32,355 nt of DNA from an uncultured virus (IMG/VR IMGVR_UViG_3300005440_000007) (lineage: Duplodnaviria > Heunggongvirae > Uroviricota > Caudoviricetes), in the IMG/VR virus record IMGVR_UViG_3300005440_000007; one strand, written 5' to 3'. A program made the translations under genes and the position numbers. This document shows positions 32,313 through 32,355 of the stretch, one piece after another. Position 1 is the stretch's first letter. Every line of letters begins with the position of its first letter. The notes beneath the pieces were generated by a model that saw only the letters and a list, made by a program, of their open reading frames with translations, did not search any database and was not told the DNA's origin.

Positions 32313-32355
32313 GCCCCCGTGGGGTAGTAGATGCCCGGCGATCTCCTACATCGCA
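32313..32355 (+). tRNA. tRNA-Arg(CCT), truncated by window end
   Basis: acceptor 5' strand, D arm and GCGAT-CTCCTAC-ATCGC anticodon arm. Confidence 0.75.

Noticed and set aside
1..32355. Stop-codon reassignment
   Set aside because: TAA, TAG and TGA all end conserved genes at expected lengths (tmk, thyX, rfbA) and no suppressor tRNA is present.
24630..32355. CRISPR array or tRNA pseudogene graveyard
   Set aside because: There are no identical repeats with unique spacers. Intact stems, CCA ends, identity elements and 18:55 covariation argue against general decay.

Overview
GC-rich window from what looks like a large bacterial virus or virus-like mobile element. No capsid, terminase, integrase or replicase gene is visible, so the element type is inferred. 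Bases 1-24056 hold densely packed, mostly + strand phage-style genes: a GP88-like protein, a DUF5678/retropepsin pair, a HerA/DUF87 ATPase, a J-domain protein, a minimal PolX, a cold-shock protein, Tmk, ThyX, RmlA, a kinase-like protein, a PAPS-reductase-family protein, many small Zn-finger and basic proteins, and a set of Pro-rich or tail-anchored proteins sharing an (L/M)G motif. Bases 24076 to the window end hold a 42-gene tRNA array (one gene truncated) covering all 20 amino acids, with a raiA-motif-like ncRNA and eight interspersed ORFs. The most striking feature is the array leader. A sigma70 promoter precedes a 53-54 codon leader ORF that uses almost every decoding class once (all 20 amino acids and 34 different codons in its first 36). 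Its 3' end carries a perfect 12-nt antiterminator for an intrinsic terminator upstream of the first tRNA. This suggests a pan-codon translational attenuator that switches on a backup tRNA set when decoding fails. The tRNAs also show a systematic G18/U55 to A18/G55 elbow swap, short-arm tRNA-Leu and a D-armless rewired tRNA-Tyr.
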